A stretch of DNA of 64,000 nt from the human T2T-CHM13v2.0 reference genome, Homo sapiens: the NCBI RefSeq assembly GCF_009914755.1, contig NC_060939.1; one strand, written 5' to 3'. The first letter of the stretch is position 1, and every line of letters starts with the position of its first letter. Below the pieces are notes generated by a model. That model saw only the letters and a list, made by a program, of their open reading frames with translations, was not told the DNA's origin and ran no database searches. The translations under genes were made by a program, and so were the position numbers. Below are positions 56,209-64,000 of this stretch, piece by piece.

Positions 56209-56506
56209 GTTTTTTTTTTTTTTTTGAGACAGGGTCTCACTGCGTTACCCAGGCTGAAGTACAGTGGCACAATCACTGCTCAGGCAGCCTTCACCTCCCC
56301 TTGCTCAAATGATTCTCCCACCTCAGCCTCCTGAGCACCTGGGATTATAGTTGCGTGTCACCACGACCGACTAATTTTTGTATTTTTTCTAGAGACGGGG
56401 TTTCACCATGTTACCCAGGCTGGTCTCAAACTCCTGGCTTCAAGTAATCTGCCTACCTCGGCCCCCCAGTGTACTGGGGCTACAGGCATGAGCCACTGCC
56501 TCCGGC
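56209..56506 (-). mobile_element. AluJ element
   Basis: gagacagggtctcact...ctcccacctcagcc, reverse and diverged. Confidence 0.9.
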
Positions 56507-57198
56507 CTGGCTTGACCTTTTGTTTTAAAGATGAAGGCATTTGAGGTCAAGGGAAGCTGAACAACTGGCACCAGTTCATACTGCTCAAGTGCAGCACCCA
56601 GATGGGGAAAAAGGCATCCCATCTCCTGTTCACCCACATCACATCACCCTGCTGCTATGCTGTGGGATCTTACCTTCTTCCTGATCAGCATCTTCGTTAT
56701 ACTCATTTTCCACATCTTTGAAATGGAGACAACACCTTGCTTCTACCTAATTCACAGGAATATAAAGCCAAACAAAAGAAAAAGCCAGAGATACCCTTAC
56801 ACATCTAGTTTTGTAGCACTTTCCCTGCCTTCATGCTGTGGCGTTCCTCTGCCAATGCAACGCTTACAACAGCCTCTCTGGGTCATCCCATCAAAAGCCT
56901 GCAGCTGTTTTCACTAATTGGTTAAAAAGAAAACAGGCAGCACCTGCCTCTTGCAAGGACTGTGATTAAGGGCTTTTTTCTCTGTTGAAAAGTCTTAAGA
57001 GTAAAATATTTATAAGACTGGTTCCACTGGGCAGTATCAAAGCTTCTGTAGAAATGGATTGAATATAGATAACAAACTAGAAGAATCTAAAAGGAAAGGA
57101 GAAAGGCTGGGACATCTTGTGAAGCTTGAACAAAGGAAGACAGCAGTGGGTATGTAATCTTGTGATGACCAAGGAACACGGGCAGTGTGCATAGTTAA

Positions 57199-57553
<355 letters not shown>

Positions 57554-59523
57554 TCACACCATGCTCCACTCCTACAAGAGACTTACCCTGGGGCAAGTTA
57601 TATATAAGCTCCCTGTGCTGCAGCTCCCTCACCTGGAAACTGGTAAGAACAGTACCTACACTTCATGAATTGTTACGCGGCATACACTATTATGTGTTTG
57701 GCCCTCATTAATAACCTGCAGTAAGTAGGATATGTTTTCCTAGGAAAGGAACAGCTTCCTTAGGGACACCAACCATCATCTAACAGATGTTTTTAGCATT
57801 CTCATTATAAAACAAGTATTTACTGATGAACTAACAGCCCAAGCAGGAAGTTTTCTTCTCCCAACTCCCTCTGATATATGCACTTGGGCAGAAGGACTAC
57901 ATACAACACACCTCCGCATGCCCCAGCCGCAACCATGCCACAAGGAAACTGAGCTCCAAAGAAAATTCTTCCAAGGGATCCCTTTGGGTGTTGCAGGGCC
58001 AGTGTTTTCTGGATTGGATTCTTCCATCTGTGTCACTTGAGAAGAGAATAAAGTTTTCTCAAGTGGCCACTGCATAAGGTGACAAAGTTTGCCCTGTTCT
58101 TTATTTTGTTTCCCAAGCTCCAACATGATTTTTAAACCAACTCAGTTATTTGAGAGAAAAAAAAAATCCATGAATTTGGGGTTTCTTCCATCCTTTTCTC
58201 ATGAGAAAAAGCATGCTGAAAATGAGACTAGGTGCCTTAGCACTGACATTTTCCCTTCTTTGGGGAAGGACTCTTCTGAGACAATGAGCAAGCCTGGGTC
58301 CTCCATAGCAGAGCACCAGCCATTTTATTTATTCATTTATTTTTGGTTTGGGGTCAATTCATTAGACTTCAAAAGTGCTGCTTCATTACAAATGAAATAA
58401 AAGATTACAGACATGAAAATCAACTTTGAAATAGTTATTACATTACTGGCTAGAATCCTACTCTCAAATATTTCTAAGACTGGGTTGTTCCACCAACCAG
58501 TGTCAAAGGTCCTCTAGAAATGGATTTAATATTGATGACAAAGTAAAATAATGTAAAAGGGGAGAGAAAGGCTGTGACTTCTGAAGCTGGGGGGCAGGGG
58601 GATGAGGGTTGGTGGGTAGCAGTCTTTAAAGTACAGAATTTCCTGGGATGTGTTTCAGAAGAGCTTTGAGCTTTCCCAAAGTGAAGGCATAATATTGCTG
58701 TTCCATATGGCTAATGACAGCAGAAGGCATGGAGTCTATGGTGAAAGCATTTCATTGTGACTAAGTTGCTCCTGATAAAAGATGAAGACCTGGAATTTAT
58801 TAGACTACTTATGCCTGTTGCCTATATTCCCTTCTTCTCATGCAGTAAAGCGAGGCACTTCATGGCTACTGCTATAACTTTTTCTTTTCCTTAATTTTTT
58901 TAAAGTAAAAGTTATCTTGAGAATATTAGTTCGAACTCCAAAGATCCAGGTATCATTTCAAAATATTTTTAAAGGGGACAAAAGAAAATCTAGGGAAGGT
59001 GGGGATTTACCCAAAAGAAAATGAAGATGGATGGGAGGAGCATGCATGCTGTTCCAAGTAGGCACCATGCTCGGTTCTTTATGCAAGTTTTCTTGCAGCC
59101 TCACCCTCTCCATAACTCTATGAGAAAGATGTCATTAATTGCATTTGACAGATTATTACTGTCCAATGAAACTTTCTGCAATAAAGCCAGCATTTGCACT
59201 GGATCCATCTGATTAAAAATGTTTCTTTTCATGACAATAAATAAAAAAAACTACGGTATTTTATAACAGTTTTCTTTCCTACTAAACATAGGAAGGGAGG
59301 CAAAATAGATCTGCTGGTTACTCAGAACCAAATGGCTACTGAAATTAGAGGTTTACAGAGGGTAGAAAGGTCACAAATGAATCCTGAATCAGCAATGATT
59401 CTTTGATCCTAATACCCACATGATTAATTCAGACATTTAAAAAGAAAACTGTTGAAACAAATGTCAATGCACTAAAATTGCAAAGGAGAAGGTAAGTCAG
59501 GCATTGCCACAGCTATGATCCAA

Positions 59524-59818
59524 TTTTTTTGAGACAGAGTCTTGCTCTGTCGCCTAGGCTGGAGTGCAGTGGGGGCAATCTCAGTTCACCACAACATCTG
59601 CCTCCCAGGGCGCAAGCCATCTTCCTGCCTCAGCCCCGAGTAGCTGGGACCACACGTGCATGCCACCATGCCTGGCTAATTTTTGTTTTGTTTTGTTTTC
59701 TAGAGATAGGGTTTCTCTATGTTGCTCAGGCTGGTTTCAAACTCCTGGGCTCAAGCGATCCACCTGCCTTGGCCTCCTAAAGCACTGGGATTACAAGTGT
59801 GAGCCACTGCGCCCGGCC
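59524..59818 (-). mobile_element. AluJ element
   Basis: ctcctgggctcaagcgatccacctgccttggcc. Confidence 0.9.
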
Positions 59819-59823
59819 CATCC

Positions 59824-60506
<683 letters not shown>

Positions 60507-61805
60507 CAATTCTTAAACAGAGAGCAGAGAAAAAGTAGAGGCAATAAGGCTATGTCTTTGAAAAGGGACATATTGGGGTTTAGCATGAGATATTACTAGT
60601 CACACACTAGCTTTTTGTCACTTGAGGCAGGTTCTTTAACGTCTCTAAGATAGCATCCACGCGTAAAATGGGAAAAATAATACTTAACTCATAGAATAGT
60701 TCAAGAATTAAATGTGCTAATATTCTTAACCAAGTGCTTGCTTGATTCCCCACAGGAGCTAAATAAATGTGACCATCATTATTATGGAGCATGTGCAGGT
60801 GGTGGGGAGGAACCATTTTTCCATGGTTTTGAAATGTATTCACTATTGCCTCCATGTGGTACATCATTTTAATTGGATATTTAAATAAAACAAGTATATA
60901 TAGGACTACTGTCATGTTCAATACTTTAAAAAGCCTCATGAAATATTCTGAAGAAATGCTGTAACAGTTCCTAGAATCAAAGTCACATACTTTCTATAGC
61001 TGGAGAAGGAAGTTTATGATGTTCCTATGTGAGACACTTGTAGCTGCAATCCTTAATGCAATTTAGAAATAATGATACTAATAAATTGGAATTGCTTAAC
61101 TAAAATCTGTAAAATCCAAAAGGCAACAAAAAAAAAAAAAACAACTGGGCCATAAAAACCAGAACTTTATGTTAACATAGGAGTGTTCACAAACAGTCAG
61201 TATGCAAAGGCTACTGCATTTCAAATTCTAAATAGCTCATATGGGTTGTAATTTTAACCACAAATTCCCACCTTCATCCTGGAGAGAGAGAGGAAAAAAA
61301 TGCTTTTTTGAAAGACACACATGGAGTATAAATGACGTACGTAGCAAGAGACCAGGGTTGGAAGATACCATGTGAGGCTCACAGCACTCTAAGTTTAGTG
61401 AATGCAGACAGAACCTTAAGCTTTTGAGACAGAAAAATGAGGGTAAGAAATTGGAACACATCCAAAGGGGGCCAAAAACAATCATGTGAATTTTAGAGAA
61501 AATAAAGTATTTTAGTGGCAATATTTCAATTCACTTATATACAATTCCTAGAAAAATTCCTCATCATTTTATATAAAATTCAGTTCTATTCTGTGATCTC
61601 TCTGGCTTTGGAAGTATAATACAGAGTTTTCTCTGTATATACCCTCAAAAGTCCAAATTGTATATGAACAGCTATGTATTTCTCATCAGAATAGGAGACG
61701 AAGAAATAAGAATGTGTGTTATCAAGATCAAAGAAAAGCAAATTTCACAGTTCCATTAAGCATTAAGGTGATGCAATAATTTAGCCAAGCTTTTTATTCT
61801 TTTTA

Positions 61806-62126
<321 letters not shown>

Positions 62127-62954
62127 TTAGCAGATTTGCCATTATCTTTCAATTTGTAGAGAAGTGTGAGAACTGCTTTAAGAATTTGTGATCAGCAGAA
62201 AATAGAAATTCTATTTAAACATGATAACCATCCTTCACATCAATTTCCAGATTTGTACTAATTTGAGAGATAACTGGTTAACTTGCATGTGAATTAGGAA
62301 GTAAATCAGATTACTTTTTTTTTCAACTGCTTTATCATGACTTAAAGCGATGAGGAATTTGTAAAAAACAATGATTTTTCCAAATTGATCAGTTCATCCC
62401 TTTGAATTGTTCTTTTCATCTGGATAATTTCTTGATCACTTATAAGCAACAGACACATGATCTGTCTCTCATTCTTTTTCTCTTACACATACACACTGAC
62501 ATGTACTCACAACATACACAAATGAACACCCTCCATCAGGAAACAAGCTACTCTGATATTTCTAAATTCACTCCACTTGCAAGAACAAGTCACATTGTCA
62601 CGAATATCCTAATGATTTGGTTAAGCCATTCCTATGGCCTGTAGCTTTAAGGGGTAGACTCTTTCATTGGCTTCCATGGAAACAATACAAAAATGCGGCC
62701 CTCTCCATGTAAGCAAAGACACAACAGAGAGCAATCTGTGCATTTACTGATGTTGAATCTAATTTACGCTGTGGAGTTTGTTATTTAGGAGTGAAGGAAG
62801 GTGGAAGGACTGAAATCTGCTGGTGTTCCCGTAACTGAGTGCCTACATTTGAAAGGTTTTATTCTTTTTTTCTTTTTCTTTGTGTTAACCACTAGACACC
62901 CCCTCACACTGCTAGTGCATTTAATTATATGTCTGCTTAAAAGTTCCAGAGACT

Positions 62955-63451
<497 letters not shown>

Positions 63452-64000
63452 TCAAGGCTGCAGTTGAGCCCAAGATGATGAGATGATGCAGGCCCATTTA
63501 CCAGATGTGGCAATAACTCAAGCCACTCGGACAAGTCACACAGATGTACACTGCCTCACCCCCTGCACGGAGGGTACTCCACGGCAAAACTTCCGCTTCT
63601 TAAACCCTTGCATTTCGCTTGGAAACTTGAAGTGGTTCCATTAAGACAAGAGCCTGGACCGTTTTCTCCACGGCTAGCTTTGGTTTACAGTACAGTCACT
63701 CTTCTACCATACCCCCACCTTGCTAACTGGTTTGGCAGGCAGCAAACGGTTGAACCTGCATTTGTAACATTTCCAACAATATTTCACCATTATTTTTTAA
63801 ATGTTAAAAAATTGATATACGTATTTTGGGGTACGTGTGATATTTTGATACTTGAATACAATATGTAATAATTAAAAGTAATTAGGATATCCATCACCTC
63901 AATCACCATTAATTTGAAAGACCCAGGATACCTGGTGCATGCCTGAGGAATCTAGTGTCCCATATTAGTAGCTGCAGAATTTTTACTGGATGAGTTCTGT

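Overview
Human (or very close primate) genomic DNA, almost all intron of the formin-1 gene FMN1, which is transcribed on the minus strand. Two coding exons are visible. One is the large first coding exon of the short-N-terminus isoform (mouse isoform IV type; MENVDNSLDG...PSDSKS, 50350-48977). The other is the 118-nt shared exon (PDHSPTEQ...KYTEA, 47540-47423). A candidate internal promoter, an upstream splice acceptor and uORFs lie at 50400-50890. The rest is dense transposon debris: about 16 Alus, L1/L2/MIR pieces, a solo LTR12 in the same orientation as FMN1, a nested MER57 provirus, other solo LTRs and a G-rich minisatellite. Repeat family names come from recalled consensus sequences, not a search. 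I see no convincing wholly new biological system. The best leads are a truncated FH1/FH2-less FMN1 product, the regulatory design around the large exon, the LTR12 promoter, a small orphan retrocopy and a trimeric Alu under one TSD.
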